Assembly (NCBI GenBank): GCA_964475465.1
Contig: CAYYXA010000068.1
Span: 23,811 to 87,810, forward strand
Direction: 5' to 3'
Source of the DNA: an uncultured Brevinematales bacterium
GTDB lineage: Bacteria; Spirochaetota; Brevinematia; DTOW01
DNA length: 64,000 nt
Within the stretch, counting starts at the first letter, position 1; the number at the start of each line of letters is the position of its first letter. The position numbers and the translations under genes are program-made. The notes under the pieces are model-generated. The model saw only the letters and a list, made by a program, of their open reading frames with translations, was not told the origin of the DNA and did no database searches. Shown one piece after another: positions 40,079 through 49,139 of the stretch.

Positions 40079-40152
40079 CGTGCCTGAGGGGACTTGAACC
40101 CCTGACCACCGGACTCGCATTCCGGTGCTCTATCCACCTGAGCTACAGGCAC
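40079..40152 (-). tRNA. tRNA-Arg(GCG), CCA not encoded
   Basis: Cloverleaf GTGCCTG/CAGGCAC acceptor, GCTC/GAGC D-stem with GG and A20, CCGGA-ATGCGAG-TCCGG anticodon arm, AGGGG-TTCAAGT-CCCCT T-arm, discriminator G followed by AATA. Confidence 0.95.
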
Positions 40153-40166
40153 TTTGTAAAAATCTA

Positions 40167-40913
40167 CTACATTACCATTCCACCATCAACAACTATCACT
40201 TGTCCAGTTATGTAAGATGACATATCAGAACACAAGAAAGCTACAACATTAGCAACTTCTTCAGGTTGCCCCATTCTGCCAAGAGGTATAAGCTTCAACA
40301 TTCCTTGCTTTATGTCATCAGGTAAAACCCTAGTCATATCAGTATCTATATATCCCGGAGCAACAGCATTAACATTTATATTCCTTGATGCAACCTCTTT
40401 TGCTAGTGCTTTCGTTAGAGCTATAACACCACCTTTTGAAGCAGCATAATTAACTTGCCCTGCATTTCCGACTATACCAACAATAGAACTAATATTTACT
40501 ATCTTACCATATTGCTGCTTCAACATATACTTAACAACGGCTTTACACCCATTGAAAACACCCTTTAAGTTAGTATTCATAACAGCATCCCAATCCTCCT
40601 CCTTCATCCTCATTATCAATGTGTCTCTAGTTATACCAGCATTGTTAACCAAAATATCAATTCTACCAAAATCATTAATAACGTTATCAACTAGATTAAT
40701 AAACTCTGCTAAGTTGCTAACATCCAGAGCAAAACCTTTTGCCTCAACACCATATTTCTGCGCAATTTCATTAGCTACAGCTACGGAAACATCTTCTTTA
40801 GTCGATGTTATAACAACATTCACGCCAAATTCTGCCAACTTCTCGGCTACCGCCCTACCTATACCTCTCGAAGAACCAGTAATTATTGCTATCTTACCTT
40901 TTAAATCTTTCAT
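40167..40913 (-). CDS. fabG: 3-oxoacyl-ACP reductase
   Basis: [31 protein letters not shown] and VIVVDGGM. Confidence 0.95.
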   Translation of the reverse strand: MKDLKGKIAIITGSSRGIGRAVAEKLAEFGVNVVITSTKEDVSVAVANEIAQKYGVEAKGFALDVSNLAEFINLVDNVINDFGRIDILVNNAGITRDTLIMRMKEEDWDAVMNTNLKGVFNGCKAVVKYMLKQQYGKIVNISSIVGIVGNAGQVNYAASKGGVIALTKALAKEVASRNINVNAVAPGYIDTDMTRVLPDDIKQGMLKLIPLGRMGQPEEVANVVAFLCSDMSSYITGQVIVVDGGMVM

Positions 40914-41335
40914 AAATACCTCCTACAATGAAATTTTATCATAGAACGCACTTCTTACACAATTTAGCCAAAACTTTTCAAAAAGCAACCTAAGAGTCAA
41001 TTTTGCTAAAAATCTTGCACCTTAAGCACATACGCCTTATAGTAGCCTATTTAGCAATACCCTCAGAATAAAGAGTAACACTTCTTTATTAATACATACT
41101 TTATAAATCTGCTAAAAGAACTCACCAAATATATTTTGAAGAGAGGTATAGCTTTCTAATCAGAACGTGAGAAAGTACTTAAAGCAAACATTTCAAAAGA
41201 TAAAGAAAATTACTGTCCCAGGTACAAAATTAAACGTGTCAAACTCGAAAATTTTTCAAAACAACCTAAAAGAATTGAAAATACTACGTTGCATCTTTAA
41301 GAATAGCAGAAGCTAGAGTTTTGGGGAGATAGAAG

Positions 41336-42472
41336 ATGAAAGTAGTTATAATGTATGTAAAGGCAGGAGCAGGACATATATCAGCTGCAAGAGCATTGGC
41401 AGACGAATTAAAAGCTCTTTATACCGACGTTGAACCCATACTATACGATGGGTTAACAGGTGCCCCAAATTTTGTAGTAGATATAATAGAAAAAGGCTAC
41501 TCAATAGCATCAAACTTCTTCCCACCAATATGGAACCTAATTTACCTAAAAAGTAAGCTAGGCTTCATAAGATCCCTAGAAGTAAACTTAGTTTCACTCT
41601 ATATAAAGAAACATCTGAAAAACTACATACTCTCAGAAAAACCTGACAAGATAGTGATAGACCACTTCTTTTTAATAAAGCCTGTCACCGAAATAGTGAA
41701 AGAAGAAAAATTAAGAATTCCGGTACTTGTAATAGCGACTGACCCATTCACTTGCCATCCCATATGGTTCACTTACAAGGACATGTACCTAGTAGTATTT
41801 AGCGAAAGAATGAAAAAGTACGCTATGAAACACGGAATAAGAGAAGACAGAATAACAGTTCTTCCTATAATACTTAACAGAAAATTCAACTCAAAGTTGA
41901 GTCAAGAAGAAGTCATAGAGCTTAAGAAAAAATACGGTTTCTCACCAGAAAAACACATGGTACTAATAGCTGGAGGCGGTGAAGGATTACCAAGAGGCGA
42001 TGAATTTCTAGAAGAGCTAGCGAAATCTGACATGGATATAGAACTAGCAATAGTTTGTGGAAGAAACGAAATACTCAAATCGAAGTCTGAAGCCATAAGA
42101 GATAAGTACAAAAACAAAAAAATAGTAGTTTACGGTTTCGTTGATTTCATGTACGAGCTAATGAACATGTCAAGTGTAGTAATAACGAAAGGTGGCCCAG
42201 CAACTGTAATGGAAGCACTAATTCTCGAAAAACCAATAATAATAACTTCCTACATATGGGAACAAGAAAAAGGAAACGTTGAATTCGTAGAACAAAACCA
42301 TCTAGGATTCTACGAAACAAACCCGAAAAAAGCAGTCAACAAAGTAAGAACGTTGCTCTTCGATGAAAACCAAGTGAAAATATTCAAAGAGAACATAGCA
42401 AAAGCTAACATAAAAAATGGAACAACGGACATAGCAAAATTTATCTACTCATTTGATAAGGTACTAATATAA
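41336..42472 (+). CDS. Diacylglycerol glycosyltransferase (UgtP / MGDG synthase family, GT28-like)
   Basis: GAGHISAARAL, IATD, AGGGEG, ITKGGPAT and QEKGN. Confidence 0.88.
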   Translation: MKVVIMYVKAGAGHISAARALADELKALYTDVEPILYDGLTGAPNFVVDIIEKGYSIASNFFPPIWNLIYLKSKLGFIRSLEVNLVSLYIKKHLKNYILSEKPDKIVIDHFFLIKPVTEIVKEEKLRIPVLVIATDPFTCHPIWFTYKDMYLVVFSERMKKYAMKHGIREDRITVLPIILNRKFNSKLSQEEVIELKKKYGFSPEKHMVLIAGGGEGLPRGDEFLEELAKSDMDIELAIVCGRNEILKSKSEAIRDKYKNKKIVVYGFVDFMYELMNMSSVVITKGGPATVMEALILEKPIIITSYIWEQEKGNVEFVEQNHLGFYETNPKKAVNKVRTLLFDENQVKIFKENIAKANIKNGTTDIAKFIYSFDKVLI

Positions 42473-42646
42473 ACATAACTCACATTAAAAGGATTCACCA
42501 TAGCATTTACCCATACCTCGCATAATACTTTAATATACTATAGGTACTTCCTGAAGCATCTACACGATTAACTCACTTTCTGTGTAGGCTACTCAAAAAC
42601 TACATATTGAAAAAAATACTACTGAAGGCTTCCACCTTGGCTATTT

Positions 42647-43462
42647 TCACTCCTTATTACCTAAAAGCTTTTTTATGCTTTCCTGGACATCTGCAGGTAT
42701 AACCAAAATAGTTGCATTATTCGACTTTGATATCTCCGAAAGTGCTTTGATGTACTCCTTGGCAATGAAGTACATCATGGGGTAAACTCCACCAGAAGCT
42801 ATTGCTTCGGAAACAAACCTTATAGCATTGGCATCGGCTTGAGCCAATCTTTCCCTAGCTTCTGCTTCCCTCTGAGCAGCTTCCTTAACAGCCTCAGCCT
42901 GAAGAATCGTAGCTCTTTTCTCTCTCTCAGCTTTCATCTGGAGCGTCATAGCATTCTGAATATCTGCTGGCGGGGAAATATCTTTTATCTCTACCCTAGT
43001 TATTTTTGTTCCCCACTCATCAGTAGCCAAATCTAACTCCCTACTCAACTCTTCATTTATCTGAGATCTAGAAGATAAACTCTCATCCAAAGTGAGCTTA
43101 CCCATTATCGATCTAAGATTTGTCATCGTAAGCTGCTCTATAGCCTTATTCAAATTAGAAACACCATATGCAGCCTTCCTAGGATCAACAACTTTATAAA
43201 ACACAACAGCATCAACTCCAACTGTAGCATTATCCTTGGTTATTATAGTCTGCTTGGGCAAATCCAAAACTTGCTCTCTAACGCTAATTTTGTAAGCAAC
43301 CTTATCAAAAATGGGAATTATAAAATTCAACCCTGGCATAAGCACCTTGTGGAACTTGCCAAACCTCTCAACAATGTAATTATACCCCTGCGGCACAGTC
43401 TTAACACCAGAAAGAATAACTATAGCAACAAATACAATAAGAACAATTAAAAAACTTTCCAT
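42647..43462 (-). CDS. SPFH / stomatin-like (QmcA/paraslipin) protein
   Basis: IVERFGKF, PGLNFIIP, ITKDNATV.VD, RSIMGKLTLDE.LS.R and QMKAERE. Confidence 0.93.
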   Translation of the reverse strand: MESFLIVLIVFVAIVILSGVKTVPQGYNYIVERFGKFHKVLMPGLNFIIPIFDKVAYKISVREQVLDLPKQTIITKDNATVGVDAVVFYKVVDPRKAAYGVSNLNKAIEQLTMTNLRSIMGKLTLDESLSSRSQINEELSRELDLATDEWGTKITRVEIKDISPPADIQNAMTLQMKAEREKRATILQAEAVKEAAQREAEARERLAQADANAIRFVSEAIASGGVYPMMYFIAKEYIKALSEISKSNNATILVIPADVQESIKKLLGNKE

Positions 43463-43595
43463 AAATCCTCCTTTATAGTCAAATCTAAATCAAAGAAACA
43501 AAACTTTCAACATACATAAGAGCTATAGCACTAGTGCCTATAATAGAACCTAAACAACAAAAACAACTAACCCACTAATTTATCAACAACTTCTC

Positions 43596-43645
43596 TTGAC
43601 TTGCAAAAAATTCATTATTATTTTAATTATACTGACTGGTCAGTA
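43596..43645 (+). promoter_or_regulatory. Sigma70 promoter plus TetR-type palindromic operator
   Basis: TTGACT-N17-TATTTT (43596-43624) followed by the perfect palindrome TACTGAC-TG-GTCAGTA (43630-43645), 12 nt before the TetR ATG. Confidence 0.75.
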
Positions 43646-43657
43646 AAGAGATCAACC

Positions 43658-44248
43658 ATGGAGCAGACTAAAGAGAGAATAATAAAATCAGCCATCAAGC
43701 TATTCGCTGATAAAGGTTTTCATGAAACTAAAGTTGAGGAAATAGCTACAGAAAGCGGTGTAGCAAAAGGAACGGTATATCTCTACTTTAGAAGCAAAGA
43801 AGAAATAATGATGTCTTGCTTTGAGTTTATATTCTCTAGAGCACTGAAAAATTACGAAATCCCTGACGAACTAAACTTCTACGATAGCATTAAGATGATT
43901 GTTGAAAATAATTTCAAATTTGTAGACGAAAACATGGACTTTTACAGAATGCTCCTCAAAGGGTTATATTCGACAAACAGAGATATAAAGAAGGAAAAGG
44001 TAATTTGTGAAAAAGAACTTTTTGAAATAGCTGTAGGCTCTATGGAAAAAATCATTCTCAAAGGTATCAACGAGGGTAAAATAAAAAAAGATGTCTCACT
44101 AAAGCATCTCGCTGTAACTTTCCTAAACACAATCATATCATCTCTTATAATGATCGTCAACTCAAGAATTAGAGGCTTCAAACTAGATGAAAATGAGTAC
44201 AAAGAAGAAATAATAAATTTCTTAACTGGAGGCATTTATGAAAAGTAA
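43658..44248 (+). CDS. TetR/AcrR family transcriptional regulator
   Basis: KERIIKSAIKLFADKGFHETKVEEIATESGVAKGTVYLYFRSKEE helix-turn-helix. Confidence 0.95.
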   Translation: MEQTKERIIKSAIKLFADKGFHETKVEEIATESGVAKGTVYLYFRSKEEIMMSCFEFIFSRALKNYEIPDELNFYDSIKMIVENNFKFVDENMDFYRMLLKGLYSTNRDIKKEKVICEKELFEIAVGSMEKIILKGINEGKIKKDVSLKHLAVTFLNTIISSLIMIVNSRIRGFKLDENEYKEEIINFLTGGIYEK

Positions 44249-45701
44249 GCTTATAGTTTTAATAATGTTAACTTTTATCATTAACGCTTACTCAATCAGT
44301 GAGGCAAACCAAAGAATTATAATAAGCAATGTTAACGATGCAATAAAAATAGGCCTCCAGAACAATAAAGATCTAAGAAAAAAGGCAATTGAGATAATGT
44401 CTGCAAATGCCAATTTAAAATCGAGTCTAGCAGATTTAATACTACCAAACGTTAGTGCCTCTCTGAGATTCTCGACCTTAGACCCTAAGACATTAGAAAA
44501 CTCCATATCTAAGGTTTCAAGCCTCAGGTTAGAAACAAACGTTATAATGGGATTCACCAACATATCATTTGCAACTGAAGAAAAAACAATCACCAACGCT
44601 TTTTGGGACAATTACTCGTTAGCTATATCAGCAAGCTATAGGATACCTTACTTATTACCTTTTGGCTTGGACATAGGATATAACTCCTATCTACTACAAT
44701 CAAAAAACGTTGAGTTAGCTAAACTACAATATCAAAAAGCACTAAACGATTACATATACAACGTAAAAATTGCCTATTATAACTATCTATTCGCAAAAGA
44801 GTTTGCCAAGGTAGCCGTCGAAGCAGACAAAAGATATCAAGAAAATGTTAAAATAGCAGAGGCAAACTATGCCTCTGGTATATTTTCAGATTTAGAACTT
44901 ATAAGAGCTAGAGTCCAGTTAATAAACAATCAACCGAATCTATACTCAGCACTCAACAATGTGGAAATTCAGAAATTCAATCTACTCACAACCTTGGGCA
45001 TCGAACTTTCAATGATATCCAATGTAGAGATACTAGGTAGCTTTGAGGAAATAAAAAACGAATTCCGTAATCTATCTATCGATCAAGAAGAGTTGAAGAA
45101 AAAGGTATTATCCAACAATCCCGATTTGAAAATTCTTTCAAAATTAGTAGAACTTTCAGGGACATCAAAAAATGTCTCCCTCTCTGCAAATAAACCTACT
45201 CTATCTGCTTTCTTCAACTTTAACTATGATTTCAAGAAAACAAACTCTATGGAAAACGAAAGGCACTGGGTAGATAGCTGGAATGCTGGAATACAAATAA
45301 CTATTCCTATTTCCGAGCTTCTACCGATATCAAAAAGCTACGCAAACATGGAAAATGCCGACTATTCTATAACTAAAGCACGCCTAGACTACGAGAACTT
45401 CCTAAATTTAACGATGAGCCAAATGAATCAGCTTATACTCAAGTTAGAAGAAAACAAAAAGAATATTCTAGCCCAGGAAGCCAACGTCGACCAAGCTAAA
45501 AGATCATTAGACATTGTAACTCAGAGATACTCTCTAGGTAGTGCTACTAGTGTTGATCTGCTTGATGCACAACTAGCATATCAACAAGCAGAAATAAACT
45601 ATCTGAGTTCATGGCTCTCTTACATTGGCAACTTCCTTCTGGCACAAAAACTATCAGGAGAACTAATAAATGAAGGAGGAATATATGAAAGGAAAAACTA
45701 A
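44238..45701 (+). CDS. TolC family outer-membrane efflux channel
   Basis: Signal peptide, AIKIGLQNN.DL, VKIAYYNY, G..S.LEL..A.VQL repeated as GSATSVDLLDAQLAY. Confidence 0.88.
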   Translation: MKSKLIVLIMLTFIINAYSISEANQRIIISNVNDAIKIGLQNNKDLRKKAIEIMSANANLKSSLADLILPNVSASLRFSTLDPKTLENSISKVSSLRLETNVIMGFTNISFATEEKTITNAFWDNYSLAISASYRIPYLLPFGLDIGYNSYLLQSKNVELAKLQYQKALNDYIYNVKIAYYNYLFAKEFAKVAVEADKRYQENVKIAEANYASGIFSDLELIRARVQLINNQPNLYSALNNVEIQKFNLLTTLGIELSMISNVEILGSFEEIKNEFRNLSIDQEELKKKVLSNNPDLKILSKLVELSGTSKNVSLSANKPTLSAFFNFNYDFKKTNSMENERHWVDSWNAGIQITIPISELLPISKSYANMENADYSITKARLDYENFLNLTMSQMNQLILKLEENKKNILAQEANVDQAKRSLDIVTQRYSLGSATSVDLLDAQLAYQQAEINYLSSWLSYIGNFLLAQKLSGELINEGGIYERKN

Positions 45702-46626
45702 AAAAGCAATAATAATTATAACTGCACTAATTGCAATACTCGTAATAGCAAGAATAGCAATAGTAGTAGTTTCTTCTAATAAAGACAATAAGAAAGATTT
45801 TTCCAAAATAAAAAATTTCGTTAACATAACTGTTGTAGGAACAAAAGTCAAAAAGGGAGATATACAAAAGTATATAACCCTCTCAGGTGATATAAAGGGT
45901 ATAAGCGAAGCACAAGTCTTTCCTGACGTGCCTGGCAAAGTAGCCAAAATATCTGTTGTCGAAGGACAGTATGTTAAGAAAAACGAACCTATTATGTATA
46001 TAGATAGATCACTAGTTGGCTACCAATACAATCTATCACCCGTTAGAGCACCTATAGACGGTAGAGTCGGCAGTATAAACGTTTCAGAAGGGCAATTCGT
46101 TTCTCAAACTACTCCCGTAGCCGTAGTCGTTGATAATAGAATAATGGAGATAATACTACTACTCCCAGAAAGTTATATAAGTCAGATAAAAAGAGGAGCT
46201 AAAACAATAGTCGAAGTTCCTTCCTTAGACAATGAGAAATTCATAGGATACGTATACTCATCGGATCTAGTCATAGACAGAGGCACTAGAACATTAAAGA
46301 TAAGAGTTAGAGTCAACAACCCTAGTAGTAAACTCATTTCAGGCATGTACGCAAATGTTAAAATACCTGTAGAAACCGAATATAATACCACATATGTACC
46401 TATAACGTCTATAAGGGAAATAGAAGGTAAAACGTTTGTATACATTTTATCAGAAACAAATATAAGCGACCAAAAACTCTATTATACATCGCTTAGAAGG
46501 GTATATACTGGTGTATCTGATGGTGAAAAAATAGCTGTAAAAGGCGTAAAAGAAGGTGAAATAGTTGTATCTCTAGGAGCCGAATACCTCAAAGATGAAA
46601 TAATAGTAAGAGCAATAATTCAATAG
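45685..46626 (+). CDS. Efflux periplasmic adaptor (membrane fusion protein)
   Basis: TM anchor, VPGKVAKISVVEGQYVKK, VRAPIDGRVG, TRTLKIRV and LISGMYANV; GGAGG SD before ATG 45685. Confidence 0.9.
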   Translation: MKGKTKKAIIIITALIAILVIARIAIVVVSSNKDNKKDFSKIKNFVNITVVGTKVKKGDIQKYITLSGDIKGISEAQVFPDVPGKVAKISVVEGQYVKKNEPIMYIDRSLVGYQYNLSPVRAPIDGRVGSINVSEGQFVSQTTPVAVVVDNRIMEIILLLPESYISQIKRGAKTIVEVPSLDNEKFIGYVYSSDLVIDRGTRTLKIRVRVNNPSSKLISGMYANVKIPVETEYNTTYVPITSIREIEGKTFVYILSETNISDQKLYYTSLRRVYTGVSDGEKIAVKGVKEGEIVVSLGAEYLKDEIIVRAIIQ

Positions 46627-46660
46627 AAATACGAACTTCTTTTCTAGCTAATTTTCATCG

Positions 46661-46681
46661 CAGAGAAGCCATGCTTCTCTG
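46661..46681 (+). terminator. Hairpin closing the tetR-tolC-adaptor operon
   Basis: Perfect 9-bp stem CAGAGAAGC-CAT-GCTTCTCTG followed by ATAAATTTT; the U-tract is weak. Confidence 0.55.
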
Positions 46682-46703
46682 ATAAATTTTAAACATAAAA
46701 AGT

Positions 46704-47366
46704 TTGAAGAGGCTAGCACGAGTAAAGTATAATTCAGAGGTGTTAACAGTTCATCAGTATAGAAAAATTGGGAAAAAGAAAAAGAGGCTAAGAAGCTGGG
46801 TAGTGGTAGCACTGGCACTAATTTTTTCATCTCTTATTACTTTGGTAACATACGAAATCATAAGAAACATAGAAAGCAAAAAGGTTTACGAGGTATCCCT
46901 AAACAATATAGTAATAAAAGATAAAGAAATGGTTCTGAAAGTTAACTCACTAGAATATCCCTTATCAAACGATATAGAGAAACTCAGGGAATTAGCAAAA
47001 AAATTTGAAATCTCCTACTTCAGCATTTACCACAGCACAGAACTAATAACAAAAGCCTCACTCGTGAATCCCGAAGTGGTAATATTTAACGGCAAAGGTG
47101 AAAAAAACTTAGCCATGAACCTATCAGTAATACTGATCACTAATAACTTAAACATTATAAACTACGGAAATACCATAAAACCATCTAAAAAATCATTCAT
47201 ACTAATAAGAGCACCAATAAATGACGAATATACAAAAAAACTTAGTTCACTTATAGGAATAACCAACATAGTCGTATCGCTAAACTCCGATGTAATACCC
47301 CCAACAACAGCACCAATAATCATAGTCCTAGGTAAAGATTATAACACAACTTACATTTGGCATTAG
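46704..47366 (+). CDS. Membrane protein with LytR C-terminal domain
   Basis: Basic N-terminus and TM helix, then PEVVIFNGKGEKNLA...NYGN and IIIVLGKDY. No LCP catalytic domain is visible. Confidence 0.7.
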   Translation: MKRLARVKYNSEVLTVHQYRKIGKKKKRLRSWVVVALALIFSSLITLVTYEIIRNIESKKVYEVSLNNIVIKDKEMVLKVNSLEYPLSNDIEKLRELAKKFEISYFSIYHSTELITKASLVNPEVVIFNGKGEKNLAMNLSVILITNNLNIINYGNTIKPSKKSFILIRAPINDEYTKKLSSLIGITNIVVSLNSDVIPPTTAPIIIVLGKDYNTTYIWH

Positions 47367-47630
47367 TACATCCTGAAGTAATCGGAAAACTCCTAAACAA
47401 TTATAACCAGGTTTTATCACTTTTTTCATAGGAATAATCTGAATAACAGAACACCTTTATTATTTAGTTACACACCTCAATAACTACTCAAACACAATCA
47501 GAAAGTACTTACAGCACATTATAGCACTTTTAAATCAATCAATACTTCAATTACAAAGGAAATAAGCTCAGGCTCTAAACTCTACAAGCTTCAATCAATA
47601 GTTAAAACTTGCTAGTTTCTAAAACAGAAT

Positions 47631-48821
47631 CTACACATCTCTAAAAACCCTCTCTAAATTACTAATGAAAATATCAACATCTTTTTCCGTTATTACAAAA
47701 GGCGGTAATAATCTAAGAACATTTTCCCCAGATCTCAAAGTCAACACACCTCTCTCCATAAGTTTTTTGATTACACTTATAACCTCTACTTTATCATCTA
47801 AATCCACTCCTATCATTAACCCCCTACCTCTTACCTCTCTTATAAAGTTGTACCTACTTTTTAGAGTTTCTAGTTCTCTCATTATCAACTCACCTATTTT
47901 ATTAACGTGTTTAAGTACATCATCAGAAAGTAATTCCAGAACTTTTAAAGAAACTGCTGAAGCTAACTGGTTACCTCCCATTGTTGAAGCATGCATCCCC
48001 GGCTCACACACGTCAAAGTACTCTCTCCTAAGAACTGTAACACCAACCGGCAATCCACCACCAATAGCTTTAGCTAAAGTTATCATATCAGGCTCTATAT
48101 CGAGATTCATATATCCAAAGTACTTACCTGTCCTACCTACACCTGTCTGCACTTCATCAAAAACTATAAGAAAGTTATATTTCTTTTTTAATTCTTTAAC
48201 CTTACTAACAAATTCATTACTCAAAGGTCTAATTCCGCCTTCTCCTTGAATTGCCTCAAGAAAAATAGCACAAACATTCTCATCTACCTTGCTTTCTAAA
48301 TTTTCAACATCATTGTATTCAACATACTCAAAACCTTCAGGTAAAGGTTCCAAATTCTTTTGATACTTTTTCTGAGCTGTTGCCGTTATTGTAGCCAATG
48401 TTCTACCATGAAATGAACCTGTAAGTGATAATATCTTGTACTTATTCTTCGATATCGTTTTACCAAAAAACCTAGCTATCTTTATAGCTGCTTCATTTGC
48501 TTCTGCACCACTATTCGAGAAAAACACACCACCATCAAATGTTATATCTATAAGCTTTTTCGCCAGCTTTACCCTCTCTTCAGAATAAAAGAGATTCGAA
48601 GTAGTCACAAGTTTACCAGCTTGCTTCTTTATCTCTTTGGTTATAGCTGGATGCGAATGACCAAAATTCAAAACTCCTATTCCCGAAGTAAAATCCAAAT
48701 ATTTCCTACCATCGTACCCGTACAGATACGCACCTTTACCTTTATAAAACCCTATTCCAAACCTTAAATAGAAAGGCAAAATATAAGTCTTATCCAAATT
48801 TATTATCTCGTCCATCAACAT
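47631..48821 (-). CDS. argD: Acetylornithine / succinyldiaminopimelate aminotransferase
   Basis: YLDFTSGIG, FSNSGAEANE, FHGRT, EAIQGEGG, DEVQTGVGRTG and AKAIGGG. Confidence 0.93.
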   Translation of the reverse strand: MLMDEIINLDKTYILPFYLRFGIGFYKGKGAYLYGYDGRKYLDFTSGIGVLNFGHSHPAITKEIKKQAGKLVTTSNLFYSEERVKLAKKLIDITFDGGVFFSNSGAEANEAAIKIARFFGKTISKNKYKILSLTGSFHGRTLATITATAQKKYQKNLEPLPEGFEYVEYNDVENLESKVDENVCAIFLEAIQGEGGIRPLSNEFVSKVKELKKKYNFLIVFDEVQTGVGRTGKYFGYMNLDIEPDMITLAKAIGGGLPVGVTVLRREYFDVCEPGMHASTMGGNQLASAVSLKVLELLSDDVLKHVNKIGELIMRELETLKSRYNFIREVRGRGLMIGVDLDDKVEVISVIKKLMERGVLTLRSGENVLRLLPPFVITEKDVDIFISNLERVFRDV

Positions 48822-49045
48822 AGTGTAAAATTCTAAATGTCAACCACCAACTAATAGCAAGTGAAGTAGTTTCGCTTAAAAAACTTTATGCTTTATAACA
48901 CCTCCCAGCACTTAACACTTCAATACCTCATAGCACTTTCCCATCTAAACACCTTCAAAAAGTAAAAAGCGATTTACTCTTTGTTTAAAATTAAGAAAAG
49001 AAGGCAAAAGCACCTCAAGTCTAGCCACTCTCCGAAAGCAAGTAT

Positions 49046-49130
49046 CACCTGAGCAGACAATAACCTGAACAGTTTAACCACCTGAACATGTAACCTGAAT
49101 GGCCAACCACTTGAACATGTAATTGTCTGC
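49046..49130. repeat. Tandem 30/29-bp repeat enclosed by a 9-bp inverted repeat
   Basis: TAACCTGAACAGTTTAACCACCTGAACATG (49061-49090) and TAACCTGAATGGCCAACCACTTGAACATG (49091-49119), flanked by GCAGACAAT (49053-49061) and ATTGTCTGC (49122-49130). Confidence 0.85.
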
Positions 49131-49139
49131 CGGCAAAAA

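Noticed and set aside
40075-40152. N-terminal 26 codons of ORF 39643-40152 (MPVAQVDRAPECESGG...)
   Set aside because: This is a read-through of the tRNA-Arg sequence; the CDS starts at 40074.
41167-41316. 49-aa GTG-start ORF in the fabG/glycosyltransferase intergenic region
   Set aside because: No properly spaced SD, no motif and no coupling to neighbours.
49061-49119. Possible CRISPR mini-array
   Set aside because: The two ~30-bp units are directly adjacent with no unique spacer, and no cas genes are present.
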